This document shows, in pieces, positions 9,806 to 18,871 of a DNA stretch of 32,000 nt; positions within the stretch are counted from its first letter, which is position 1; each line of letters opens with the position of its first letter. A program made the translations under genes and the position numbers. The DNA lies in contig NC_015722.1 in NCBI RefSeq assembly GCF_000219355.1, forward strand, positions 90,001 to 122,000, given 5' to 3'. The notes beneath the pieces were generated by a model. That model was not told the origin of the DNA and made no database searches. It worked only from the letters and a program-made list of their open reading frames with translations. The stretch is from Candidatus Midichloria mitochondrii IricVA. GTDB lineage: Bacteria > Pseudomonadota > Alphaproteobacteria > Rickettsiales > Midichloriaceae.

Positions 9806-9826
9806 GGGGGGGGGTGATATATATAT
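9806..9826. repeat. G9 homopolymer directly followed by an (AT)5 tract in the hpf-efp intergenic region
   Basis: Counted directly: G at 9806-9814, then TG, then ATATATATAT at 9817-9826. About 70-90 nt upstream of the efp start. Confidence 0.9.
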
Positions 9827-9896
9827 TAAATTAGTTTGTCACAATTCTTTGTTTGTGGTAGAAGCTTGGGTTAAGTAATTTTTTACCAAGAATATT

Positions 9897-10457
9897 ATGA
9901 AAATAGATGCTAATAGCATAAGGGTGGGAAATGTTTTGGAATATCACGGAAAGCTTTGGGTGGTTTTGAAGACCATGCACACTCAGCCTGGTAAAGGGGG
10001 AGCTTATATGCAAGTTGAAATGAAAGAAATGCAGGCTGGAACTAAAACCAATGTGCGCTTTAGAAGCAGCGAAACTGTTGAGAAAGCTCATCTTGACACT
10101 AATGACTTGCAATACCTTTACACTGAAGGTGATAAAATGGCGCTGATGGATATGCGAACCTACGAGCAGACTGAGGTGGATTTAGAATTAGTAGGAGATC
10201 TGGTGCCATTTCTTAAAGAGGGTATGAATCTTGTAGTACAACTCTATGAAAGTAAACCAGTATCAGTTTCTTTGCCTGAAAAGGTTGAGGGAATAATTGC
10301 TGAGTGCGAGCCCGTCATTAAAGGACAAACAGCAGCTTCTTCTTATAAACCAGCTGTACTTAAAAATGGAGTTCGTATTATGGTTCCACCTTTTATCAAT
10401 CAAGGAGACAAAATTTTAGTAAGTACAGTAACATTAGAATATTTAGAAAGGGCTTAG
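9897..10457 (+). CDS. efp: elongation factor P
   Basis: 186 aa. R.GNV....GKLW.V.....HTQPGKGGAYMQVEMK is the EF-P domain I signature. The length is typical. Confidence 0.9.
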   Translation: MKIDANSIRVGNVLEYHGKLWVVLKTMHTQPGKGGAYMQVEMKEMQAGTKTNVRFRSSETVEKAHLDTNDLQYLYTEGDKMALMDMRTYEQTEVDLELVGDLVPFLKEGMNLVVQLYESKPVSVSLPEKVEGIIAECEPVIKGQTAASSYKPAVLKNGVRIMVPPFINQGDKILVSTVTLEYLERA

Positions 10458-10460
10458 TTA

Positions 10461-10691
10461 ATGGCTTTGGATAAAGGAGTTATTTTGGAGTTGCTACGGA
10501 AAGCTTTTGATGGTGCTGAGATAGAGCTGGTAGATTATGCAGGTGATAATGATCACTATGAACTAAAAATAAAGCATAAAAGTTTTGAAGGGATGTCTAG
10601 GTTGCGGCAGCATAAAATGGTATACAGTGCACTTGGTAGATACGTTGGTAATGAATTACATGCAATTTCTATAAAATCATCAGCAGGTTAA
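10461..10691 (+). CDS. BolA family protein (IbaG/YrbA-like)
   Basis: 76 aa. DHYELKIKHKSFEGMSRLRQHKMVYSAL...LHAISIK parallels E. coli IbaG ([28 protein letters not shown]...IHAVSIK). Lies directly upstream of the monothiol glutaredoxin. Confidence 0.75.
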   Translation: MALDKGVILELLRKAFDGAEIELVDYAGDNDHYELKIKHKSFEGMSRLRQHKMVYSALGRYVGNELHAISIKSSAG

Positions 10692-10695
10692 AGTT

Positions 10696-11025
10696 ATGAA
10701 TAAGGATATTTTTGCACAGGTAAGAGAAATAATAGAAAATAATGATGTGGTATTATTTATGAAAGGTACTGCAGGGGCTCCCATGTGCGGTTTTTCAGGG
10801 TTGGTTGTGCAAGTTCTTAATAAGCTAAGAGTTGAATTTATTGATATCAACATTCTTGAAGACCAAGACCTTAGGCAAAGAATTAAGGATTTCTCGGATT
10901 GGCCAACGATTCCGCAGCTCTATATTAAAGGAGAGTTTATTGGAGGATGCGATATAGTGAAGGAGCTTTATCAAAGCGGGGAATTAATTGATATTTTAAA
11001 GAGAAATGAGATAAGATATAATTAA
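10696..11025 (+). CDS. grxD: Grx4-family monothiol glutaredoxin
   Basis: 109 aa. CGFS active site in VVLFMKGTAGAPMCGFS, and WPTIPQLYIKGEFIGGCDI. Confidence 0.9.
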   Translation: MNKDIFAQVREIIENNDVVLFMKGTAGAPMCGFSGLVVQVLNKLRVEFIDINILEDQDLRQRIKDFSDWPTIPQLYIKGEFIGGCDIVKELYQSGELIDILKRNEIRYN

Positions 11026-11046
11026 ACTTGTTTTTAGGTAAATTGG

Positions 11047-11985
11047 TTGATATTTGACTCTGAAAATTTTTATTACCTATACCTTCCTGTTGCAGAGTTA
11101 AACATTAATGGGATAGCTTTAATCGGTATAGGGGTAATTGTTGGTATAATGGCGGGTATGTGCGGTATTGGAGGAAGTATTATACTTCTACCAATACTTA
11201 TTTTTCTGGGTGTTCCGATTCATATCGCTGTTACCACTGCTTTAAACCAGGTTTTAGCAACTTCTTTTTCGGCCTCTCTTATTTATGCTAGAAAGAATTT
11301 GATAGATTATAAATTAGCTGCGTTCTTGATAAGTGGCGGACTTGTAGGAATTATATTAGGCATTATTCTTTATCACTGGTACTCTAATATAGGAAAGCTC
11401 GATATCTTTGTCTCTCTTAGCTTTTTATTTACTTTGTTATCAATAGGCACTTTTAATGCGAAGGAAGTGGCGATTTTGCTGTACTATCGGTATAAAAAAA
11501 TTTCCACTCCGCCAAAACCCTTGCCAAACTGGGTGCAGAAGATTTCATTTTGTAAAACAAAATTTCCTAGTTCTAAAAACAAGCTGAGTGCCATATTTCC
11601 TTTATCGTTAGGGGCACTAAGCGGAGTTATGCTTTCTTTTATGGGGCTAGGAGGCAGCCTCATTATGACACCTATATTGCTATATATCTTCGGTATTTCT
11701 TCTTCGTATGTGGCCGGAACTATCAGCTTTCAAATGGTTTTTACTACATTTATTTCTTATTATATCCACGCTATAGAGTCGCAAAGCATAGATCTTGTAC
11801 TAGCAATTCCATTACTAATTGGTACAGTTTTTGGATCGCAAATTGGTGCTAAAATAGGTTCCCAATTAAGCCAAGAGACTTTTAAAATTATGATAGCTAC
11901 TGTAACATTATTACTGTGCGCAAAGATAGGATTTGAGTTATTTGCAGAGCCCACAAATATTTATCAAATAGAAATACTAAAATAA
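11047..11985 (+). CDS. TauE/SafE (TSUP) family anion exporter-like membrane protein
   Basis: 312 aa polytopic protein with two internally repeated halves, each with a glycine-rich G.GGS.I..P.L motif (GMCGIGGSIILLPIL and FMGLGGSLIMTPIL). TTG start is uncertain. Confidence 0.7.
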   Translation: MIFDSENFYYLYLPVAELNINGIALIGIGVIVGIMAGMCGIGGSIILLPILIFLGVPIHIAVTTALNQVLATSFSASLIYARKNLIDYKLAAFLISGGLVGIILGIILYHWYSNIGKLDIFVSLSFLFTLLSIGTFNAKEVAILLYYRYKKISTPPKPLPNWVQKISFCKTKFPSSKNKLSAIFPLSLGALSGVMLSFMGLGGSLIMTPILLYIFGISSSYVAGTISFQMVFTTFISYYIHAIESQSIDLVLAIPLLIGTVFGSQIGAKIGSQLSQETFKIMIATVTLLLCAKIGFELFAEPTNIYQIEILK

Positions 11986-11995
11986 TGGATCTGAG

Positions 11996-12721
11996 ATGAG
12001 AGTTATTGTTTTACTATTGATTTTTCTGCCGTGCAAGGCTTTTGCCATACAGAATTTTGAAATAAGTTTATCTAGCAACCAGATTGTAAAAAGTAAGGGT
12101 TTTAAGGGTGCCAACATTGCTCTTGAAATCAAAGCTGATTTTCCAACCCAATTTATCGTTGAGGTTTCAGGCCCTAAATCACAGTATAGGATTTGGCAAA
12201 AAGAGAAGAAATTTGGAATTTGGACAAAATCCAAAAATTTTATAACTCATAAGGTGTCATCGTATCAATTTATGGCAACTGATATGAATAGCGCTGAGTT
12301 AGATAGGTTTTCAAGGATTTTACTAATAGATATTTTCGGGCGAAGAATTTCATTTATAAACCAAGAACAATACTCGCCTTTAGAAATGAGCGGGGCTGTT
12401 TCTGCGCTCTTTCAAATTCAAAAAAATTCTATGTATTACTTGACTTTACTAAACCAAGAAAATTTAGAGGGAAATAACGTAGTCCAAATCCCAATGGCTC
12501 AAAACATCATGACTGGTGATTATAAAGTGCAGGTATACTTGATTGCTAAAGGCGATAAAAAGATCTATACAAAATCTGCTGAAATTAACGTAATTAGAGA
12601 AGAGTTTTATGACAGATTTGAGCAGTGGACTAGAAACTGGCCGAATTTGTATGTCATTCTTTCTATTAGTATAACTTTTATCTTCGGTTGGATCGTCAAT
12701 TTAATCCTAAAAAGAAGATAG
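11996..12721 (+). CDS. TIGR02186-like (Alph_Pro_TM) secreted/membrane-anchored protein of unknown function
   Basis: 241 aa with a signal peptide, a V.GP.....W.K.KKFGIW motif and a single C-terminal TM helix. This matches my memory of the alphaproteobacteria-restricted TIGR02186 family. Family assignment not verified. Confidence 0.5.
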   Translation: MRVIVLLLIFLPCKAFAIQNFEISLSSNQIVKSKGFKGANIALEIKADFPTQFIVEVSGPKSQYRIWQKEKKFGIWTKSKNFITHKVSSYQFMATDMNSAELDRFSRILLIDIFGRRISFINQEQYSPLEMSGAVSALFQIQKNSMYYLTLLNQENLEGNNVVQIPMAQNIMTGDYKVQVYLIAKGDKKIYTKSAEINVIREEFYDRFEQWTRNWPNLYVILSISITFIFGWIVNLILKRR

Positions 12722-12942
12722 TGCGCTATTTGTGTTCACTATCTTCTTAACTTTAGTGTATATCAATGCCGTGAGGGCTATCACCGCCTTAAGCCAGTTC
12801 TGGCTCTGTACCTTCGACATGTGAACTACCTTTTCATGTGTTAACTCCAGTTTGAGGTAAGTTTTAAAGAAATTATCTGATATGGCTTCAAAGAGGCTGT
12901 GTAACCATTAAGTTTTTCTCAATTTCACGATAAATAAGAAAA

Positions 12943-13481
12943 GTGGTTCCCCTAGTAGAAATATTTTGTTTGATTGATGATTTCTGCAAGCGACAACTCA
13001 CGTACCAAAGATCCTTAAGAAACTCGCAGAGACAAAGGGAACGAGAGTCTGGGATGATGCTTTCCGAAGTTATAACGATCCTCGTTTTGTTTCATTTGAG
13101 GGCATTACCGGATTCAAAGATTTTTACCTAAACTGTGTTCAAATCTCTCTCAGAGAGGGATTGCCGAAGCTTGTCAGCTACAATCGCTTTGTTGAGCTGG
13201 ATGCGAGACGCGGTCATTCCGTTGGTCATTCTGCTGAATTGCTGCAAAGGGAAACAAACAGAGGTACGTTGACTCAACAAAAAGCTGGAAGGTTTGTCAT
13301 AACTTATGTATTAGCCGTAATAAGGTCTTTAAAGGCATCGCTTGCCAAACAATTTCTTGGCAGACCTCTCTTTCTCAGGGCTCTTGGCTTATGTCTTCAA
13401 ACCCGGTATATCTCATGGAAAATAGGCTTGCGGGCCTACTCCCTACTTCAAACTGAGCTTTTTATGACGGATAAGAGGTAA
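12943..13481 (+). mobile_element. IS982-family transposase remnant, frameshifted and 3'-truncated
   Basis: VEIFCLIDDFCK, then LSEVITILVLFHL..., ...FKDFY, LPKLVSYNRFVEL and VDSTK..VCHN..ISRNKVFKGIA, spread over three frames. These follow the order of conserved IS982 transposase blocks. The DDE C-terminal half is missing, and the region is GC-richer than its flanks. Confidence 0.7.
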
Positions 13482-13562
13482 ATTTAAGGGTGCTGCTAGG
13501 AGCACAAATATCTATTCAACTAGTTAAAAGCTAAGCTATTGAGATGTGTAGGGTTTTAGTTT

Positions 13563-14339
13563 TTAAATACTTCTTGCAGCTATTTCCCTTTTGATAGCAG
13601 AAATTGCCTCAGCAGGATTAAGGTGCTTAGGGCAAGTTTTAGCACAGTTCATGATTGTGTGACAGCGATATAGCTTAAAGTTATCATCAAGAAGATTTAG
13701 TCGTTCTTCTTTAGATTCATCTCTGCTATCGATAATCCATCTATATGCTTGGAGTAATATTGCAGGACCTAAATATTTATCGCCATTCCACCAATAACTA
13801 GGGCAGCTGGTTGAGCAGCACGCGCAAAGTATACACTCATAAAGTCCATCTAATTTCTTTCTATCTTCTTCTGACTGTAGCCTTTCAGAACCGCCGGGGG
13901 CCTTGGATGAATGTATCCAAGGCTTTATAGAGGCCAACTGGGAATAAAAATTAGTTAAATCGGGCACTAAGTCTTTAACTACTTCCATATGGGGCAAAGG
14001 GTAAATATTAACGTCTCCTCTTACTTCGTCAATGGGCTTGATACAAGCTAAAGTATTTGTGCCATCTATATTCATTGCGCAGCTGCCACATATACCTTCA
14101 CGGCATGATCTCCTAAAAGTTAAGGTGCTATCTATCTTATCCTTAATGTTAATTAAGGCGTCAAGAACCATTGGGCCACAGTTCTTGGTATTAATATGAT
14201 AAGTATCGATTTGTTGGCCCTCTTCCTTTAAATCAGGGTTGTAGCGATATATATTGAAAGTCTTGGTGAAACTGTTTTTTTTGTTGTGCTCCTTGCCCTT
14301 TTTGATACCATTTCTAAGAAAAAGCCCTAATTTAATCAT
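13563..14339 (-). CDS. sdhB: succinate dehydrogenase iron-sulfur subunit
   Basis: 258 aa. [15 protein letters not shown] (2Fe-2S), [12 protein letters not shown] and [12 protein letters not shown] (4Fe-4S/3Fe-4S) cysteine clusters. Confidence 0.9.
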   Translation of the reverse strand: MIKLGLFLRNGIKKGKEHNKKNSFTKTFNIYRYNPDLKEEGQQIDTYHINTKNCGPMVLDALINIKDKIDSTLTFRRSCREGICGSCAMNIDGTNTLACIKPIDEVRGDVNIYPLPHMEVVKDLVPDLTNFYSQLASIKPWIHSSKAPGGSERLQSEEDRKKLDGLYECILCACCSTSCPSYWWNGDKYLGPAILLQAYRWIIDSRDESKEERLNLLDDNFKLYRCHTIMNCAKTCPKHLNPAEAISAIKREIAARSI

Positions 14340-14437
14340 CTTTATTACCGGATCAGATTTATATTGGTATGTTCAATTTTAGTATAAGAATTAGCGGCAC
14401 TGCAACTGTGCTAATTATAAAATCGCCATTTTAATTC

Positions 14438-14863
14438 TTAATAATCATCTTCGTTATGGCTTTTCTCAAAACGTTCATGTTTTTCCTGTGCGGCAATTGA
14501 AAGGGTAGCTACTGGGCGTGCTTCTAGCCTTTTTAATCCTATTGGTTCATTAGTTTCTTGGCAATATCCATAATTTCCAACCTCTATACGGGAAATTGCA
14601 TCATCGATTTTGCTAATTAATTTCCTATATCTATCTCGAGTTTTTAATTCTATACTGACATCAACCTCATCGCTTGCTCTATCAGTCATATCAGGCTCGT
14701 TCCAGTTTTTTTCTTGTAACAATCTAACTGCTTCTGAGAGTTCTTCTTGTAAATTTGTTTTCCAATCAAGCAGTTTATTTTTGAAATAAGCGAGTTGCAT
14801 GGGATTCATATATTCTTCGGTTTCAGAGGGTATGTAGCCTTCAGGGAGTTCAGTAATGTGCAT
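14438..14863 (-). CDS. dksA: RNA polymerase-binding transcription factor DksA, variant lacking the Cys4 zinc finger
   Basis: 141 aa. Coiled-coil tip DMTDRA (DxxDxA) and RDRYRKLISKIDDAISRIEVGNYGYC....IGLKRLEARP. Only one of the four E. coli zinc-finger cysteines is retained (CQET...SIAA versus CESC...CIDC). Confidence 0.85.
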   Translation of the reverse strand: MHITELPEGYIPSETEEYMNPMQLAYFKNKLLDWKTNLQEELSEAVRLLQEKNWNEPDMTDRASDEVDVSIELKTRDRYRKLISKIDDAISRIEVGNYGYCQETNEPIGLKRLEARPVATLSIAAQEKHERFEKSHNEDDY

Positions 14864-15057
14864 TATTAGTTTACCTTTATTGTTAAAAATACGGTGATAT
14901 TTTAGGCTATAAAAAAACGAGGCAAGTGAATTATTTATTAAATATCCTATTTATTTGTTATATTTTATGGCCCAGCTATTTGTTTTTTATAGAAATAAAA
15001 AAACACTAGCTATTTACATCAATAACGTATAAATAATAAACAAAAAGTAATATTGTA

Positions 15058-15645
15058 ATGCAGCAAAATTCTTTACGAAATTTAATATCAATAATAGCTA
15101 AACTCCCTGGATTAGGGCGTAGATCGGCTCGCCGTATTGCGCTCCATTTACTGCAGCATAAAGAATTAATGCATAAATTATCAGAGTCCATAATTAGTAC
15201 TGCTAAAGAGATGAAGTTCTGTGAAATATGTAATAATTTAGATTCTGTTTCTCCATGCGCAATTTGTAGTTCTAGTACTAGAGATAAGAGCTTGATATGT
15301 GTTGTTGAAGGAGTAGCTGACTTGTGGGCTCTGGAACGCAGCAGGCTCTATAATGGTTTATACCATGTTTTGGGCGGTACATTATCTGCAATAAATGGTA
15401 CAACCCCAGAATCGCTAACTATAGATAAATTAAAAAGAAGGTTAGTCAGTAATATCGGTGAAGTTATTATAGCGACAAATGCAACTTTGGAAGGAGAGAG
15501 CACTGGACATTATATTGCGAGCTTGGTCGAAAAAGCTGGTATTAAGGCAACTAGATTAGCGCATGGAATACCTATGGGAGCGGAGTTGGATCATATGGAT
15601 GATGGAACCTTGACTATTGCATTGAAATTAAGGCAATTGTTTTAA
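15058..15645 (+). CDS. recR: recombination protein RecR
   Basis: 195 aa. LPGLGRRSARRIA helix-hairpin-helix, C4 zinc finger FCEICNNLDSVSPCAIC, and a Toprim domain (ICVVEGVADLWALE). Confidence 0.9.
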   Translation: MQQNSLRNLISIIAKLPGLGRRSARRIALHLLQHKELMHKLSESIISTAKEMKFCEICNNLDSVSPCAICSSSTRDKSLICVVEGVADLWALERSRLYNGLYHVLGGTLSAINGTTPESLTIDKLKRRLVSNIGEVIIATNATLEGESTGHYIASLVEKAGIKATRLAHGIPMGAELDHMDDGTLTIALKLRQLF

Positions 15646-15750
15646 ATTACGATTCGTATTGCAGCTTTAAAGAGAAAAATATTAAAATTAGTTTGCGTTT
15701 TTAGTTAAGTCATATAACTTAATGAATAAACAAGTAATTTTTTTATTTAG

Positions 15751-16479
15751 ATGAATAATGCGGAATATACAGCCTTAGCTGGCAAAGTTGCATCAAACAA
15801 TAAATTAAAAGTTATTAGTAACAATGCTGCTAACGCCTCAACTTCTGGTTTTAAGGGAGATGATGTCCTATTTCAAAAATGGCTACACTATGATTTTAAT
15901 AAGGACAATAGTATGCCTGTTGATGCTAAAACTGTTACTAATTATGTACAGGGCAACTTACAGCAGACTAATAATAAGTTTGATTTTGCAATAATTGGTA
16001 CTGGATTTTTTGCAGTCATTGAAGCAAATGGTAATCGTAAGTTTACACGGAATGGTAAATTTACTTTAAATTCTGAAGGGATATTAAAGGATATGAACGG
16101 AAGAAGTGTTAGCGACGTTGATGGAGGAGAAATTAATGTCGGTCAAGAGTATGAGAGTTTTGATGTTTTAAAAGATGGTAGAATTTTTGTAAATGGTGCA
16201 GAGGCTGGTACTATAGGAATTTTCGAATTTGCTCAGGACGAAGTAGTCCTAAAAGGTAGATACGGTGACTTTATCATTAATGGAGAACCTGCGCCTGTAG
16301 ATATAACAAGGACCTCGTTAATACAGGGCATGATTGAAGGCTCAAATGTAGATACAATACTTGGACTGCTAGAATTAACTGAAACTAATAAGCAAGTAGA
16401 AAGTAATAACTTGGTTATAAATACTAACAGAGAAAATATTAGATCTACTTATAAAATTTTTAGTAAATCCAATGATTAA
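15751..16479 (+). CDS. flgF: flagellar basal-body rod protein FlgF
   Basis: 242 aa. N-terminal rod-protein motif ISNNAANASTSGFK and C-terminal GMIEGSNVD. Sits directly upstream of flgG. Confidence 0.8.
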   Translation: MNNAEYTALAGKVASNNKLKVISNNAANASTSGFKGDDVLFQKWLHYDFNKDNSMPVDAKTVTNYVQGNLQQTNNKFDFAIIGTGFFAVIEANGNRKFTRNGKFTLNSEGILKDMNGRSVSDVDGGEINVGQEYESFDVLKDGRIFVNGAEAGTIGIFEFAQDEVVLKGRYGDFIINGEPAPVDITRTSLIQGMIEGSNVDTILGLLELTETNKQVESNNLVINTNRENIRSTYKIFSKSND

Positions 16480-16493
16480 TTAGGAGGAAAATT

Positions 16494-17276
16494 ATGGCAA
16501 CAGCACTAAGAACAGCAGCAACTGGTTTGCAAGCCAGCTCTCAGGCAATTAAGGACGATGCGAATAACTTGGCTAACCTTAATACTAATGGTTATAAAAG
16601 ATTTAAATCATCTTTTTATGATCTTGCATATAGAACTGAACGCAGGCTCGGAGAAGATGACAAAGAAATAGGGTTGGTGCAGATGGGTAATGGGGTTGCT
16701 ATAAGCGGCATTAGCTCAGATTTTTCACCTGGAGAGATTATTCAAACTGAAAGTAACGGTTTTAATGTTGCGATATCTGGGGTTGGATTTTTTGTGATTA
16801 CTAAGCCAGACGGCAGTATTGCATATACGAGAAATGGTGAATTTATGAAGGATTCAGAGGGAAAAATAGTAATGGTTGGTACTGGCTACCAAGTTGGCCA
16901 GCAAGCGATTGTTATTCCGGATATGGGTGCTACTGATTTTACTATTAAAGAGAACGGTACCGTTAGTGTTATGATCGATAACGCAGTTCAAGAAATAGGT
17001 AGGGTTGAGATGGCAAACTTTATCAATCCTAACGGATTAAAAAGACTTGGTCAGCACTTATTTGAGGAAAGTGAAGGCTCTGGGGCGCCAATGTTTGCGC
17101 ATCCAGATGAAAATAACATGGGCACAGTTAAACAATATTATATTGAAAAATCTAACGTTGATCCGATTTTATCAATTTTAAGTCTCACAGAAAGTAGCCA
17201 TTGGAATAACTATAGCCTCAAAGCTTTTGAAGTTGGAGCAAAAATTGAAGATAGATTAATGGATGCAAGAGTATGA
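16494..17276 (+). CDS. flgG: flagellar distal rod protein FlgG
   Basis: 260 aa. ALRTAATGLQA...DANNLANLNTNGYK N-terminus, GFFVITKPDGSIAYTRNGEF, and C-terminal EKSNVD. AGGAGG lies upstream. Confidence 0.9.
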   Translation: MATALRTAATGLQASSQAIKDDANNLANLNTNGYKRFKSSFYDLAYRTERRLGEDDKEIGLVQMGNGVAISGISSDFSPGEIIQTESNGFNVAISGVGFFVITKPDGSIAYTRNGEFMKDSEGKIVMVGTGYQVGQQAIVIPDMGATDFTIKENGTVSVMIDNAVQEIGRVEMANFINPNGLKRLGQHLFEESEGSGAPMFAHPDENNMGTVKQYYIEKSNVDPILSILSLTESSHWNNYSLKAFEVGAKIEDRLMDARV

Positions 17277-17950
17277 TTTACCACATAGGTCGTTTGAGCT
17301 TTATATCTTTTTTAATTTTGCTGCTAATGATGCATTTCTCTGGCGCTGTTGAACCAGACCGAGTTAGTAGCGTGATTTCTCATGAGATAGAAAAGCAAAG
17401 AGGCCTTGAGGCTGTACTAGTTAGATTTGATAATAAGATTAAAAAAATAGATAGTACAGATCAGGTTGAAGAGGTGTCGGTGTTAGTAAATGGCAACAAT
17501 AACTTCAGCGCTATTGTAAATACTGAGGACGGAGAAAGCGTGCTTAGTGGTACATATTACGAAGCTGTGCGGGTGCCTGTATTACAACAGCCCACAAAAA
17601 ATGGAACTGTTATTACGGAAGATGCTATAAACATGGCAATATTTCCAGCTAACCAGGTAAAAAATAATTGTATTTTAAAGAAAGAAGATCTTGTTGGCAA
17701 AGTTGCCAAAAGGAGAATTATGCCTGGCAAAATGATTAGAGAAAATGATATTGAAGTGACTCCTCTGATAAAAAAAGGGGAAGCTGTTGTAGTAAGGTAT
17801 ACAAATAATAATTTATTGATAGAAACAACTGGTATTAGTACCGAAGTCGGAGTTGCTGGTAAAATTATAAGGGTTAAAAATGTTGCAAGCAATAAAATGC
17901 TGCATGGTAAAGTCGTTGCTCCTGGTGTTGTTGAGGTACATGGTAGATGA
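17273..17950 (+). CDS. flgA: flagellar P-ring assembly chaperone FlgA
   Basis: 225 aa with a signal peptide and a C-terminal SAF-like region (KKGEAVVVRYTNNNLLIETTGISTEVGVAGKIIRVKNVASNKMLHGKVVAPGVVEV). 4-nt overlaps with flgG and flgH. Confidence 0.7.
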   Translation: MIYHIGRLSFISFLILLLMMHFSGAVEPDRVSSVISHEIEKQRGLEAVLVRFDNKIKKIDSTDQVEEVSVLVNGNNNFSAIVNTEDGESVLSGTYYEAVRVPVLQQPTKNGTVITEDAINMAIFPANQVKNNCILKKEDLVGKVAKRRIMPGKMIRENDIEVTPLIKKGEAVVVRYTNNNLLIETTGISTEVGVAGKIIRVKNVASNKMLHGKVVAPGVVEVHGR

Positions 17951-18714
17951 TAATGATAAAATATATATTATGCATGACAGCTTGTGTTACGTTGACTAGC
18001 TGTAGCTATTTTAATGAAAGATTTAAGAATTTGGGCCGTAAGCCGGAACTCAACCAAGTTGACATGACTAATCAGATTCAGATTAATCAGTTGCAGGCCA
18101 TGGCCAAAGCACATTTAACCGATAGTAGGGATATATCTAACACTGCCGCCAAAGCGCAAATTAAAAATTCATTATGGAGGCCAGGGTCCAGAACCTTTTT
18201 TAGGGATCAAAGAGCTAGAAGCGTTGGAGACATATTAAAAGTAAAAGTGGTGATTCAAGATCAGGCTAAGCTAGATAATAAAACAGAAAAGAAACGTGAT
18301 AGCTCTAATAATGTTGGCATGCCAAAACTTTTTGGATTAGAAACAGTTTTAGAGAAAAATACTGATATAGATCCAGCTAAGCTTATCTCTATTAAAGGGG
18401 GCAATACCGATAATGGTAGCGGCAAAATAGATCGTCAAGAAACTATTAATACGATTGTTGCTGCGACTGTTATGAGGATATTGCCAAGCAATAATTTGTT
18501 AATTAAAGGTAGCCAAGAAATTAGGGTGAACAACGAGTTGAGAGAAGTAACGGTCGAGGGAATAGTAAGACCAGAAGATGTAAACAGTGATAATTCAGTC
18601 ACTATTGATCAAATTGCTGAAGCAAGAATATCCTATGGTGGCAGAGGGCAGCTAACTGATTACCAACAGGGCAGGTATGGATCTCAATTAATTGATATTC
18701 TGTCGCCGTTCTAA
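17947..18714 (+). CDS. flgH: flagellar L-ring lipoprotein FlgH
   Basis: 255 aa. Lipobox LTSC, then SLWRPGSRTFFRDQRARSVGDILKV and ARISYGGRGQL, both conserved FlgH blocks. Confidence 0.85.
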   Translation: MIMIKYILCMTACVTLTSCSYFNERFKNLGRKPELNQVDMTNQIQINQLQAMAKAHLTDSRDISNTAAKAQIKNSLWRPGSRTFFRDQRARSVGDILKVKVVIQDQAKLDNKTEKKRDSSNNVGMPKLFGLETVLEKNTDIDPAKLISIKGGNTDNGSGKIDRQETINTIVAATVMRILPSNNLLIKGSQEIRVNNELREVTVEGIVRPEDVNSDNSVTIDQIAEARISYGGRGQLTDYQQGRYGSQLIDILSPF

Positions 18715-18871
18715 ACTTCAAATCGGAATAATCTGTTGACTTGAATGACAGGTGATTATATACACTGCTTAATATTGCAACTAATTAATTAGTTCATTAG
18801 ATATGGACTCAGAAAAAACTACCTATAATGCTCAGTTTGTGAAATATCAGGAGTAGTTATAGGACTACAAC

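Noticed and set aside
13489-13504. The small inverted repeat GTGCT-GCTAGG-AGCAC downstream of sdhB, as a terminator.
   Set aside because: The stem is only 5 bp and there is no following T-run on the sdhB (minus) strand. It lies inside the IS982 remnant tail.
15646-15750. A sigma-54 (GG-N10-GC) or sigma-28 flagellar promoter upstream of flgF.
   Set aside because: There is a TTGCA at about 15660, but no GG at the required -24 spacing, and I could not see a TAAA-N15-GCCGATAA-like sigma-28 motif. A promoter cannot be supported from sequence alone.
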